From positions 68,014,001 to 68,078,000 of the forward strand of contig CM060731.1 in assembly GCA_030704615.1 (NCBI GenBank): a stretch of 64,000 bases of DNA. Direction: 5' to 3'. Shown here piece after piece: positions 23,701 through 35,817 of the stretch; positions within the stretch are counted from its first letter, which is position 1, and every line of letters starts with the position of its first letter. The position numbers and the translations under genes are program-made. This DNA is from Takakia lepidozioides (lineage: Eukaryota > Plantae > Bryophyta). The notes under the pieces were generated by a model. That model searched no databases. It saw only the letters and a program-made list of their open reading frames with translations, and was not told the origin of the DNA.

Positions 23701-26700
23701 GTCTTTTCCTTCTATTTTTCTTTCTCTGGAGCTAAAAAAATTCCAAATATCTTCCTGAGAGTTTTTTTTTTTTCCCCCCTTGATGAATATTTGTGTTGGG
23801 GCTTGTTGTGGGCCCTGCTCTCCTTGTTTCATTCTTTCTCTTGTCTCGCAAGCTCTTTGAGCTTTCCATCTCACATACTGAATGCAGAATTCGCCTGTGT
23901 GCCACTTCAAACTGAGGCCCTCTTCAGGCTTACAATTTTCCTGCATAGGTTACAAGCCCTTCCCCCCAAGGGGCTTGTCGCCAGGGCCCTCACAACATCT
24001 ATGAGACTCAGAAATGCAGGCTTCAAACAATCCTGGTATGCTCGTGTGGATACCTTTTCTGAACGCCATGGACTCTCTATTGCTTCACTATTGCCAGTGA
24101 ACCCAGAAGGGGTGGACATCACATCCAAGCACGACCGCAACCAACTCATTAGAAAGGAGCTCATGGAGCTACATGTCAGGAGAACTTGGAAGTTACCCAA
24201 CCTCACGACAAAGCTCCATTTCTATCGAGAAACATTCCTGGTTCTCTGAGATGATAGAATTTGCGGCCCAATTACCTTTCGGCCTCTTTATCTCCTTCTC
24301 TCCTGAGGGCTTTGGGGCAGTTCAGGGTGGGCTCCCACACCCTACGGATAGAGACTGGCAGATGGGAAAACCTGCAGCGGGAGGACCGCCTCTGTCCAGC
24401 TTGCACAGGGTGCAACCAGGAAATTGAAACTGAAGAACACTTCTTCTTCTATTGCCCTCTATACTATGAGATCCGTGGGAGATTCCATTGTCTATTCCGT
24501 GGAACCCAATCTCTCACTGACGTCTTTCACTATGAAGATCAGAAATGCTTGGCAGCCTACCTGCACGAGGCATTCACCCTTAGACAATCACTTGAACAAT
24601 AGTTCTTATCTCTGACTCTGGTTTCCTGTTTTCTCTCATGTTTTTCTTTCCATTTTGTCCCATAAGCTCTATGAGCTTTCCACGGACGTTATAAAGCACC
24701 ATTTCATTTCATTTCATGTACTTCATAAATTATTATTTCATTTCATTTCTTCTTCTGTTGTGTCCCTCTGGGCATTCCATGTATGGAATATATGACTTTT
24801 GTCCTTCACTTTTCTTGTATCCTACTTTCCTTTGTCCCATAAGCTCTTGAGCTTCCTATGGATGTTCGAAAGTTTCTTTGTTTCGGGGACATACTAATAA
24901 TTATTCAATCCAAAAGTATCATTTTGTTTGTTTCATTGAATTGTAGTTTTATGGTTGTGATGGCTTGTTGTTAGGGTCCCCACTTTTCTGTCTTTTTTTG
25001 AATTCCTTCCTCCAATGAGCATTTTGAGCTTTCTATGGACATAATAAGGTTCCTTTCTGTCTTTCTTTACTATGAGATCCGCGGGAGATTTCCCTGTCTT
25101 TTCCGTGAAACCCAATCTCTCACTGATGTCTTCCATTATGAGGATCAGAAATGCTTGGCAGCTTTTCTGCACGAAGCTTTGACCTTTAGGCAATCCCTTG
25201 AGCAGTGGTTGCTTGTGGGCTGCTTCTGGCTCCACTCTTTGTCTTTTATTCTTTCTTGTTTCTTGCTTTCCTGTTGTCCCATAAGCTCTTTGAGCTTTCT
25301 GGGGACGTTATGAAGTTCCATTTCATTTCATTTTGAACAAATCCATCTGTATGACCCCCCCCCCACCAAACAGTGGCTTTTTTACTTAGTTTTCACCCCT
25401 ACTGCCACTTATGGCTGTGAGTTTTGACCTCCCTGCTTCCTGGTGGAGAAAAATTCTGGAACATCTTTCCTCCAAGGAATGCTTGGGGCTGGAGGTACAA
25501 CTCTGTCACAAATTTTATATGCTGAATTTGGTTGTGTACCCCTTGAACCCGAGGCCATCTTCGGCTTACTATCTTCCTGATAAGGTTGTGAGGCCTACCA
25601 CCTACATGGCTGCCAGCCTGGGCCCTCGCAACCTCTTTCAGACTCAAAAACGCTGGTTTCAAAACCTCCTGAGAGGTTGGAAGTTTCATCCAAACACGAG
25701 GCGTGAGGTGCGAGCCGATGGAATGTCAGGTTAGGCTGGGTTGCTTGGTGCATATTCTCATCCCAGGCGCACTTTGGGTATCTTCTGGATGCAATAATGT
25801 TCTTTCATTCCTTTCTTAGAACGCTTGAGCTTCGAGTAGTCCTTTGTTGTAGGTCTGTGTCCTCTGTGCCTTTGTTTTGATCTTTGAAAGTTCTTCTTTA
25901 CCTTCTGTGGTTATCTCATTCTCTCTTTGGTTTCCTCTCCTATGTCAGCTCAGAGTTGACGGGGTCCTCATATTGATATATCTTTCCGTGCCAATGCTGC
26001 CCCATACAGGTTGGACATATCTTGGCTTGAGGTGAAGAGTTTAATATTTGTGCTCCCTCGTTTTTCAAAAGAGGTAGTAAGAAAGCAACAAAGAAATGAA
26101 GTGAAATGAAATGAAATGGTACTTTACAAAGTCTGTCGGAAGCAAAGAGCTTATGGGACAAGAGGAAGAAAGAAATGAAATGAAATGAAATGGTGCTTTA
26201 TAACGTCCGCGGAAAGCTCATAGAGCTTATGGGAAAGAAAAATACTTCATATCGTCCACGGGAAGCTCAAAGAGCTTACGTAAGAAAGCACAGACAGACA
26301 AAAATCTTCCATTATGAGGAGCAGAGATGCCTGGCAGCATATCTTCATGAGCCTCTCAAACTTGGGGAATCTCTCAAATTTGAATGAGTAGATTTTCAGC
26401 ATGTTTAGGCTTTTATTCCTGCCTGTCTCCATCCACAGAAACGAAGGAAGAAAGAAGGAAAGAATGTAGTGGGCTTCAGAATGTCCTGAGGAGAGCCAAA
26501 CAGCTAATGCCGGGGAGTCAAGAAGCTCAGCCAGAATATAACAATGATGAATTTGGCATGATTTTTTTCAGGTTGCACACGAAGGTGTCACCCAATGCAT
26601 TGATTCATGTCTCAAAAATGGGGCAGCTAGTGTTCGGTCATTTGGATCTCTCCACCAGATTATGGTATCCAATATTCCAGCTTTTAGCTTTTCCCCTCTA

Positions 26701-29700
26701 TCCTCAACCTATTTTTCGGAAACTTCGTTCTTCCACAGTACTACAGTAGAGGCAGGTAAACAGAAGAGGTGTCCACCTCCAGTGAGGCTAAAGTGGTACC
26801 TCATACCTAAACAAACCCTTGAACAATGCTCCCTTCAAGGAATTAAAACAAATAAGTGAAAACCGTTTGTTGTCATTGTAGGCAGGCGTGCTCTTTTAAA
26901 GAGGTACCCGTGTGTCTGTCTTTATCTTCCTAATTTCATCGAGTGTTTCAAGCTAACTCTGACAAGAAAAAACATATTGCAGTTGGGAAACTCTTAAGGT
27001 TTCAGGCTCTCCAATGAAACTTGCATACCACCGCAGTAGTGGCTGTGTCGCCATTGCCTGCATTGTAAGGACTCAATGCTTCTAATAGCACTCCTTGATT
27101 TCTTCTATTGTCTTCTTGCAGAACAAGTTATGAAAAAATTCCAATGAACCTTCCAAAAAGTAATCTGTTCAGTCTCAATCATGCTGAAAGCCCACATGAT
27201 TCCATTACACGCTTTCTTTTTCTTTGTGACATTCTCTTAGAGAGAGCCACTCCCTGACAGTTATTCCATAATGAGGAGCAGAACCTCCACCATAGAGATC
27301 TCTTAAACGTTGAAGTGTAGTTTTCTGGTTGTGGTGAGTGATTGTTGGTGGCCCCACTTCTCTTTTTTATCTAAGTTTCTATGTTCCTTTGTCCCATAAG
27401 CTCTTTGAGCTTTCTGTGGACATTATGAAGTTCCTTTGTTTGCTTTATTTCTTTCTTGTTGTGCATCAATCAATAATAGGAAAATCATATACAATTTATT
27501 CTTTGGTGTTAAGAAATTCTCTGTCATTTGAATCACAGAATGGGAGCTCTGCATACCTTTTGCTTGTCAATGTGGAATCAATGGTTCAGGTTAGCCTCAG
27601 ATCTTCCCTTGGGAGATGAAAATTTGCATTCAGACTTACGTCTAATGTAGTTTGTGTCCTCCTGCTTGTCTGTCCATATAGTTTATACCTGGTTGCATAG
27701 TATTATTGCCCCCGTGGAAAGACATGGGGTGGTTCCCAGCTTGTGTGGACCCTGCTTTCAATCTTCCCTCTCCTTCCTGCATAAACCAAAGCTTGCTGAA
27801 GGGCAACACACAGGCTATATAAACGACCAATAGATTGGTTGGAAATTGCAGGTAATGGCAGTGGAGCTGGAGTCTGGACATTTTCCTACTGCTCTCACGA
27901 TTTTGCAGCTGCCATTCACTGAAAATGAGGTGCTAATCTGCAGTTTCTCATGAAAAGGAGAAATGAAATTGCTTTATAACGTCTGCGGAAAGCTCAAAGA
28001 GCTTAGGAGAAATGAAATGAAATGAAATGGTGCTTTGTAACGTCTGCGGAGAGCTCATAGAGCTTATGGGACAAAATGGAAGAAAACATGAGAGAGGAAA
28101 CAAAACCAGAGCCAAAAATAAAAACTATTGCTCGAGTGATTGTCTAAGGGTGAAGGCCTCGTGCAGGTAAGCTGTCAAGCATTTCTGATCCTCATAGTGG
28201 AAGACTTCAGTGAGAGATTGGGTTCCGTGTGGAATCTCCCAAGCAAGCTTAAACCACTGTTCTTCTCCAATGAAAATCCCCATTTGATTATGCCCTCACT
28301 GTGCGAGCCTGAAAACAAGGACATCCTGTTCTGTTGACCCTCCAAGAATGGGTCAGATTTACTCTATGTTGACGAGGTGACGTCAAAATATATTTTTTTT
28401 AGTCAGGATGCTGATATTCCTGGGGCACCTATTCAGCAATGATAGTGGCCCCCTACCTTGTCATTCGTCAGCCCCGGTCTCCAGTGTTTTTCTGCTGTGG
28501 GGTCCCAGCCACCAGGCTTTGGCAAGCAGTTCTGAGGTGTATATCCCTTCTGCTTTCTCGAATACCTTGTGTTGTTTTGTTGATGTGCCTGAATGCCTTA
28601 CTAAGGCTGAAATCTACAGGAGACAAAAGCCAAGGAATGCATAGTGCTGGCAACTCAGATACGGGAGCAAGAGAATGCCAGGGGTGTCATTTCATTCTTT
28701 GATCTTCAGCATTCCTATTCCTGTGAGGCCAACTCCTTTTGCTCTCCTGCAGATGTATAAAGTTCAATAGTAGATTAATGGTGGTCGTGGCTGGTTGCTG
28801 GGTGCACCACTTCGCTGTCCTGTTGTCCTTTCCATTGTCCCAGAAGGTCTTGAGCTTCCAGTGGACGTTATGAAGTTCCTGCCTTTCTCTCCCCAGCAGT
28901 TTGGTGTGTCCAAATCTCGATGGCCATAAGGCTGTGACAAACCTTAGTATGTAAACCTGAAACACAAACAAAATCCCTCTGCAAACGACCCCATATCTTG
29001 GGAAGAAAGAAGGCCCAAAGGCAGAGACAGAGAAGGAAAACGACGAGAAAAAGTGTAAGGGAATGTCCTTATTGACGACTCCCAGTGAACACTGTCTATG
29101 ACTTCTCACATAGTTCCCACAGGATGCTACCTCTCATTTAGCCGGTTGTGGGAGGGAATTTAAACGGCTCCCACGATTTATGAGAGCCATCTTAATGTTT
29201 TCATTGTGTTTTTGGTATTATTGAAGGGCTGGTGTTGGCATGGTACTAGTAAGCATGAGGTTGGTCTCTGCAGTCTAACCCTTCTAGCTTGGAACCTATG
29301 TTACACGTGCAGTGGCAGCTGTGCCAGCCATATACTGTTGAAGAATAGGAAGAGAGGAGGAAAGAAATGAAAGGATATTACACTTCTAATGGCCACGTCA
29401 AACTTACGGGTCAAGAGAAAGCAGGAAACAATAAGGAGAGTGGGGCCCACCACAAGCATTCCAAAACAACCATTGATCTAGGGATTGTCTAGCCTTATGC
29501 AGATATGCTGTGAAGCATTTCTGATCCTTGTGGTGGAACGTCTCTGTAAGGAATTGCCTATCTTAGAGAATACAATCTCCCTGGATTGAATTTGGTGGGA
29601 GTTAGAGGGCAGCTTGTGGCCTTTTTGAAGGTTTTTCTATCAGGGATCTAGAATATACGGGAAGCTTCAGTGAGCCAACAGCATCGCCTTCTTAAGGAAG

Positions 29701-32700
29701 CTGCACCTGCGACTTCCGAGGTGATTAGGGAGTAAAAGATCCCTCATTGAGATCAATGGTGCTGTCATACCTTGTTTACAAGGACATAGTAAAGGCATTT
29801 CCCTTCCACTAATCTTTCTCTGTCTCCCTCGTCTAGTTAGCAAGATAATCTCAATCGGGTAGGGCCCATGACGTCAGACGAGGAGAATCATGAGGAAGTG
29901 GAAGCTTGGTTTGCTTGAGCTACAGAAGTCAGTTAAACCAGCAACCAACCCTTAAGAAATGCCGTCTTCACATTGACTAGATGTAGATCTTGCAGCAATT
30001 GCCAGACAGAGACTCTTGGGGATATCATCACCAAAGGGGCTCAAGTGGAAGCAAATGTTTCGCAAGTAACAGAGAAGAAAGCTCTAATGTTGTGGTACAA
30101 TAGACTTGGGCATCTAGGACTTGAGAATGTGAAGCAGAAAGGATGCCGAGTAAAGGACAAGCAAGGAGTGCGACCGACCAACTTTGTGATGTTCATTGAT
30201 GATAGATGATACATCAGTCATGCCAAAGAAGAGCGAGGTTTTTGAGATTCAAAATCTTTGAGGCCACGCCCAGAACATTCAGTGGGAGAAAAGTGAAGGT
30301 ATTGCTATGTGCTGGTGGAGGTGGTTATAGGTTTGATCCAGGCAGCCACAAGTGGCAGCAGTGGTGACAATTGATTTGAAAAGCCACTTATGGTGTGGTG
30401 TCGATGGATTTGTTTTCATTTAGCTTGAAACAAAATGGAGGTGACCTTTCCCTGCGTCAATCTGTCAGTAGCTGTTGATGCAAACTGAAGTTTGGGTGCA
30501 TGAATAACCACACCCAGATATGGGTATGATTTCACGACCTCAATCCCATGCTGGTTGAAGAGGAATGTCCAAGCAGTGTGGCCATTGAAAACTATGATCT
30601 TAGTTTTGCCGAGGTTCCCCTGTAGCCTTTGTCTTTGGAGAACTCTTCTAGGATGTGCAGGTGTTTTTTTAGGAAGATGGGAGATTGTGCCAGTAGGACA
30701 GCATCATCAGATTGTTTCCGTCCCCCAACCAAAGGCACCGCCACTCCATAATTCTTTGCATTGTAGCCCGCATCTATGTAGAGTCAGAACAGGATAGGTG
30801 AGAGAGGACAGCCCTTTTTCACCCCATTATTGCTCTGCATTTCTGCTGAGAACTCCCCTGTGACCTTGACTGAAACAACGAAAGAAAGAAACTTTATAAA
30901 GTCTCAGGGGGCCCTGAGGGCCCATGGGAGGAAGTACAACAACAAGAAATCACTTGAAATTGCTTCTCTATAAGTATTCTGCTGTTTAGTTTTTGTTACT
31001 GTTTTGGAAAGACTAGTAGTGAAGAAAAAAACAAAGAGCAAGAAATAAGAAAGAGGATATTCCATGGACAGGTGAGAAGGAGGTTGAGTACAAGCTGCAT
31101 TTGTTGGGCTTGCATCCAACGGCGCTGCCTTGCCACTCTCTGTGTATGGTAGATGCACCAAGGTCCAAGTTGCCTCTTCTTAACTGCACCATGTGTGCAT
31201 TGGACCCTTCACTTGGCGCTGGCTGTCAGTGGCTGCTGGATGTAATTCAAAACCTGAAACATGCCAGCAACCATTGGAGCAACTGTTGCACTTATGCACA
31301 CTGTACAACTGATGGGAGCAGGTAATGATTACACAGCAGATCAACTTCCACATCTACTTATGTAAAATCCCGTCAGAACTTTTAAGCGTGTCACTTCTGT
31401 CTCCAAGAGAATGAGTCGCATGGGTACATTTTGGGCCTCCTGTGGAGGTAATACATTCTCTCATCCTCTCTCTCATCCTGGGGGATGCTATAAGGGTTAA
31501 GGTCTTCCATTACAGTGAAGAAAAGCCTGGCAGCTTACCTGCATGAGGTGTTGATTCTTTGATAAGCCCTCGAGCAATCATTGCCTTGGACTGCTTGTCT
31601 CCCCTCTCTCTTGTTTCTTGTTTCCTCTTGTCCGATAAGCTCTTTGAGCTTTCTGCAGACGTTATAAAGTACCATTTCATTTCTCTTGCAGTTCTTATTA
31701 ACTCATACCATTTCCAAATTTTGTACTGGATGCAGTGGTGCTGCGGCACAGAGGGCTGTAGATTTTGCAAGAGGCCCACTGCTAGTATTGGGATACACAG
31801 GCAGTGTGGAGCTCATATCTGTGTTTGTGGGAACTATCGAAGCTTGCATGGCTGTGGTGTCTTCCATTGCAGCTGCCATGGATGCCGCTTTCCTCCCCCT
31901 TGGTGGTAATCTTCCATGTTTAGTCCTTTCTGGTCTTGTCAATTCATGGCGAAGAGAAGCAACTCTACAACCGGAAGCTTCGTGAACACTATGATTAATG
32001 TCTATACAAGGGAACATAAAATGGTGGTAGGCGATGGCTGATCCCCCACCTTTTTCTTCAAGGAAGCTTAGCAAGTTATATGGGATTAATGGGTGTGGCA
32101 CAGATATGTCTGGGTCAGGGAAACTAGATTTTAAATAATATTGAAGGAGAATGTCATATTCTTGTTTGTTACCAGCTAGTCTTGGCTGGTGTGGTTATCC
32201 CAAACCAACTATCTCTGAACACTGAGGGGTTGCATGCCGTGCGGTAGATGGCCAGAAAGCTAGGGCATCTAGGCAATGACAGAATGACTTTCACATGCAG
32301 GTGTTGGAAATAAGCAAAGCCATCGACTCAAGGGCCCTTGTAGCTTGGAAGAGGAAACAATAGACATATCAGAGGCCCATGGAAAGAGCAAAGACAGAGT
32401 GCTTTCAACATCCCCCGTGCAACAGTCCACTCTAATGTGGCATACCAGTTCTCTTATAAATGTACAGAGTCTGGCAACCTTTGCTAGCCCTGGTGGAGGC
32501 TGTGTCACCGCTTTGGTGCCAGGGTCAAGAGGGGAATTGCTGGTACTCCCACTTGCTGTCTCTCTTAAGTCCAGTAGGCCACAAGGCTATGGCAAACATC
32601 ATCTCATGAGTACATTCTTAAGTCCACTACATGGTGGGAAAAAGAAAACCTCAAAGGTGTGAGTACTGGATTGAGCACTCAGCCATCTCCCTCCATGTTA

Positions 32701-35259
32701 TGGCAGGAATTAATGTCTTCACTCACACTCTCTCTGAGCTTTCCGCTGACGTTATAAAGCACCATTTCATTTCATTTCTCTTGGAGCCTCATTAGGCATG
32801 GACTCTTAGGCAGTCTGACTCTTCTAATTGTGCGTTGCATAAGCCGGTTGGTCTTCCTTTGATGTTATGAAGTTTCTTCTGTCTTGCTTATGCAGGCTTG
32901 TGTCTATGGTGGGTGTTTGAAGCCTGCAGTATTTCCTTTTATCTGGTGGTTGTCAAAGTACTCTCTTAGGTATACGTTTGAAGAGAATAGAGGTTGCAGT
33001 CTTAAGATGACAGTAAGCAAGGGAACAACTTCAACCTGAGCATCAAAGTAATAATCCAATACACTCTTGGCCAGTGATCTGCAGGTTGCAGAGATGCTAC
33101 ATGGATTCAGTGTGTTTCAAGTGAATGGACCCACCGATATAGTCCAGCTTGCCTGGCAGCCATGCCTTCACCAGCTTCAAGCTCTTATCCCATTGTGAGA
33201 TCCTCTCTTCCCTTGAAGACTTGCCCATTTTTCTGCTGAAAGAGGTGTATGTATAAAGCAGGGGAGTTTGGTGGGTCACTCATCACTATTGTTCAGGCAG
33301 AGTCACGTAGTTCTACATGGCTGGGGTCCTCTGAACCTGAATACAGTATAAGCACAAGAAGTGCAAAAAGACTGTTTTGTGTTAACTGCCCCCTGCATTG
33401 TCCTTATGGCTGGGCATAGATCAGCAGACGTGTACCTGCTGGCTATGCATGCAAATGGATGTTTGTTGATGGAGCGGAATTACGTGGCGGAGGTCACCTT
33501 TCAGGTACTCTCCCCCTATGCCTTTTGGCATCCTGCAAACTCAGTGAGGATCTAGCTGTCTCAGTTGACAGGTGAACGACAGGGTGAAGTGTCTGATGTT
33601 TCTGTGTTACAATTGTGCTTGGAAGGAAATCCACTGTTTTGAGGTTGTCAATACCAAAAGAACTGACCTCAACCCACTGAAAGAGAAGGGAGAGAGCAAT
33701 TCAAAAAAGCACTAATCCTTGAAAGCTTGTGGGGAAGGTCACATCTCTATTTTTTCCCTTGGTTATAATGTCACATTTCATCTCATTCCTCTCCCTGTTT
33801 GAGATTTTAGTGCATATTATAGAGTCCCTTTCTCGTAGGTCTGGACTGAATGCTATGCAAGCAATGGAAACTTTTATTCCAGATTGAGGAAAGAAAGCGA
33901 CAGGATCTCGAGAGGGAGATAAACATTGCAGTGGAGACTCCTCAAGGTAGAGCCTTTCCAGGTTGGGAAGGCAGGAAGGGTGCTGGGGAGGGCCTGCCCT
34001 GCCTACAGCATGTTGCCACCACCCCATGGTCATTGACAGGTACAGTGTTCAATGAACACACCCAGTAAGATTCTTCTGTCTCTATACCCCTTAAGCCCTT
34101 CAGCTTGCTGTTCATGTCAAAACTGTCTTTTTCTCTCTTCCTTCACAGTGAAACTGGCTGCAACCATAGCCATGGGTATGCTGACTGGTTATGGTAGAGG
34201 ACTACACAGTCATTTCTTGCTTCAACATTGTGTTCTTAGTTAACACTGTATGCCACTCTTTATGCTCTTGAACTCTCAAATCGGATTCTCCTTCATTGTG
34301 TGAATCAATTGACACTGTCAGGTCCTGGTGGCTACTGATCTGACACAGCCCCAGGGAGAGATATCATTGGCTACTGAAGGTACAATGTAGCCAACTTTCA
34401 GAGGAATTGAAGTGTTCATTATGTATCTAGAAGCCGTCATGATCTCCATATCTACGTCCCTAATTTTCAATGTCTTGCATGCAGCACATTGTGTCTGTCC
34501 AGGAGGGTTGAGTTTGCATGGAGTACCGCTCACACAAAAGCCCTCCGAACCCAAGAAGTTACTTGCAAATGTGGTGATAGTGTCCGCTACTGGAGAGGTC
34601 TCTTTGTCTCTCTCTGTTTCTTTCCACGGACGTTAGAAAGTGCCATTTCATTTCATTTCATTTCATTTCTTGTGTGAAGGAATTTCTAGAGGATATCTGG
34701 AAAGCCCAAACTAATTATTAATGTCAAGGTAAGTCACACTACTGGAGTGAGCCCCTCACAAAGGTGGTGTCTATTCCCTTTGTTTCCGTCCAAACTGGGC
34801 ACCGGGTCTATGGTCACAAGGCTACGGCAAACAAAGTCTTATGATTACTTTCTCTGCTTCTTTCTGATGGATGTAATTTCTTTCTTTCTCAGAGAGGTCT
34901 TCCATTACAAGAATCAGAAATGCTTGGCAGCTTACCTGCATGAAGTATTGACTCTTTGACAATCCCTTGAGCTTTAATAACTGCTTTTGGGCTGATTGTG
35001 GCCCCTCTCTCTTTCTTGTTTCTCTCTTCCTCTTGTCCCATAAGCTTTCTGAGCTGCCCATGGACGTTATGAAGTACCATTTCATTTCATTTCATTTCCT
35101 GTTTCCGCAGACGTAACAAATCCTTTGAGGAATAGTTGTAATTAAGAGGATCAGGATCAGGGATCCCATTCTTCTCTTTCTTTCATAAAGCACCATTTCA
35201 TTTCATTTTCGTGTATTTGTTGTGTTATGAAGGTAGGAGCGGTCACAATACATGTGTAG
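14710..35259 (+). CDS. Divergent DDB1-like (DDB1/CPSF160/SF3B3 family) multi-beta-propeller protein, multi-exon; internal model incomplete
   Basis: Spliced peptides run collinear with DDB1: MEYEQLQASTLVTAAVIAHLT..QLIIFKE (14710-14808), VTMEVWEV (15078), ALTLFEGLLEVLSL (~16040), QCYALDL..LQSGPWEI (~16770), GVLAISSFSIMFV (~17365), IGDSSGALHILDL (~18147), LQNFAPVRDMVVV..LLACGTTPTSTLRRG (~18710), VSALGI..VVGQWTSNTVHVLSWPNL (~22046), YIFAGTADGNLIF (~22806), NALIHVSKMGQLVFGHLD (~26594), VVIVSATGE|VGAVTIHV* (34570-35259). Alternative start at 14680. Confidence 0.8.
21309..21774 (+). mobile_element. LINE family A (RTE-X-like), 5'-truncated copy; an extra 3' tail follows at 21797-21853
   Basis: ORF2 C-terminus RFRVGSHNLRIETGRW..R..RLCPAC....IETEAHFFFYCPLY (CCHC-type motif), then 3' UTR, AAGCTC-TAT-GAGCTT hairpin and (CATTT)4 tail. 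Confidence 0.9.
23870..24715 (+). mobile_element. LINE family A, longest copy (~850 bp), disrupted
   Basis: ORFs 23791-24249 (ILNAEFACVPL..FLHRL..SWY..KLHFY) and 24261-24602 are joined across a TGA and a frameshift at ~24247-24262. Hairpin and (CATTT)n tail present. It starts inside a degenerate family A tail (23790-23868). Confidence 0.9.
24831..28880. mobile_element. Cluster of short LINE family A 3' fragments
   Basis: Plus strand: ~24831, 25068-25333, ~26303, ~27388, ~28833. Minus strand: 26093-26163, 26172-26234, ~26250, 27960-28005, 28009-28240. A diverged ORF2 piece (LTIFL..ALATSFRLKNAGFK) lies at ~25560-25670. Confidence 0.85.
29640..30330 (+). mobile_element. Ty1/copia retrotransposon remnant, internally deleted
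   Basis: LWYNRLGHLG (GAG-pre-integrase LWHxRLGH), FVMFIDD, then KKSEVFE/FKIF..SGRKVKVLLCAGGGGY (integrase KSEVF..F...G.KIK.LRSDNGGEY) in shifted frames. The left boundary is approximate. Confidence 0.8.
31502..35209 (+). mobile_element. Further LINE family A 3' fragments in the last introns of the DDB1-like gene
   Basis: Copies at 31502-31684, 32733-32778, 34622-34669, 34897-35098 and 35186-35209, each ending in AAGYACCATTTCATTT or a close variant. Confidence 0.85.
34670..34855 (+). mobile_element. LINE family B 3' end (ORF2 end, 3' UTR, terminal motif)
   Basis: Encodes VKEFLEDIWKA, then GGTCACAAGGCTACGGCAAAC..TCTTATGA.TAC. The same terminal motif recurs at 23548-23610(+), 28919-28953(+), 32577-32620(+), 54794-54870(-) and 58551-58583(-). 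Confidence 0.75.
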
Positions 35260-35817
35260 CTTTTGTGAACAAGCAAGCACACCTGGATCCCTGCGAAAGG
35301 CTGGCTGCAGCTGCTTGAACTTTCTGAAGACTATTCTGACCTGCCTGAGGACCTTCTGTACAAAGCCAGCAGTATTTCTGATACCTCTGTGACACACTTG
35401 AACACAGCAGGATTTCCTTGAATGTTTGAACTCTAAATGTTTGTTTGATTTTTCCTATGTCTTAAAAAGTAGTTGAAGTTAGCAAAGTGATTTATCTTGG
35501 ATTTTGGACAGTGGGTGAATCTGTCAAATAAGCAACAATTTTGATCTACAGTCATGTAGAAGGCCTTGTGTTTTGAGCACATGCTGCTGTGGACAGTGTA
35601 TTTAGACTTTTCACAGGCTTCTTAAAGATTTCACCTGATTTTCTCTCTACACTAAGCATGTCGGATAATATTGGAGGGAAAGCAAGAAAATGCCTCCATA
35701 GCCTCCTGGGTGGCCTTTTGTCCCATGGGAATTAGGGGATAGAATGTCGACCAGCTCATGGTGCAAAATTGGTTTCTTTTAACAAGTATTCACAAACAGG
35801 GATTGTTGGTGGGTGTC

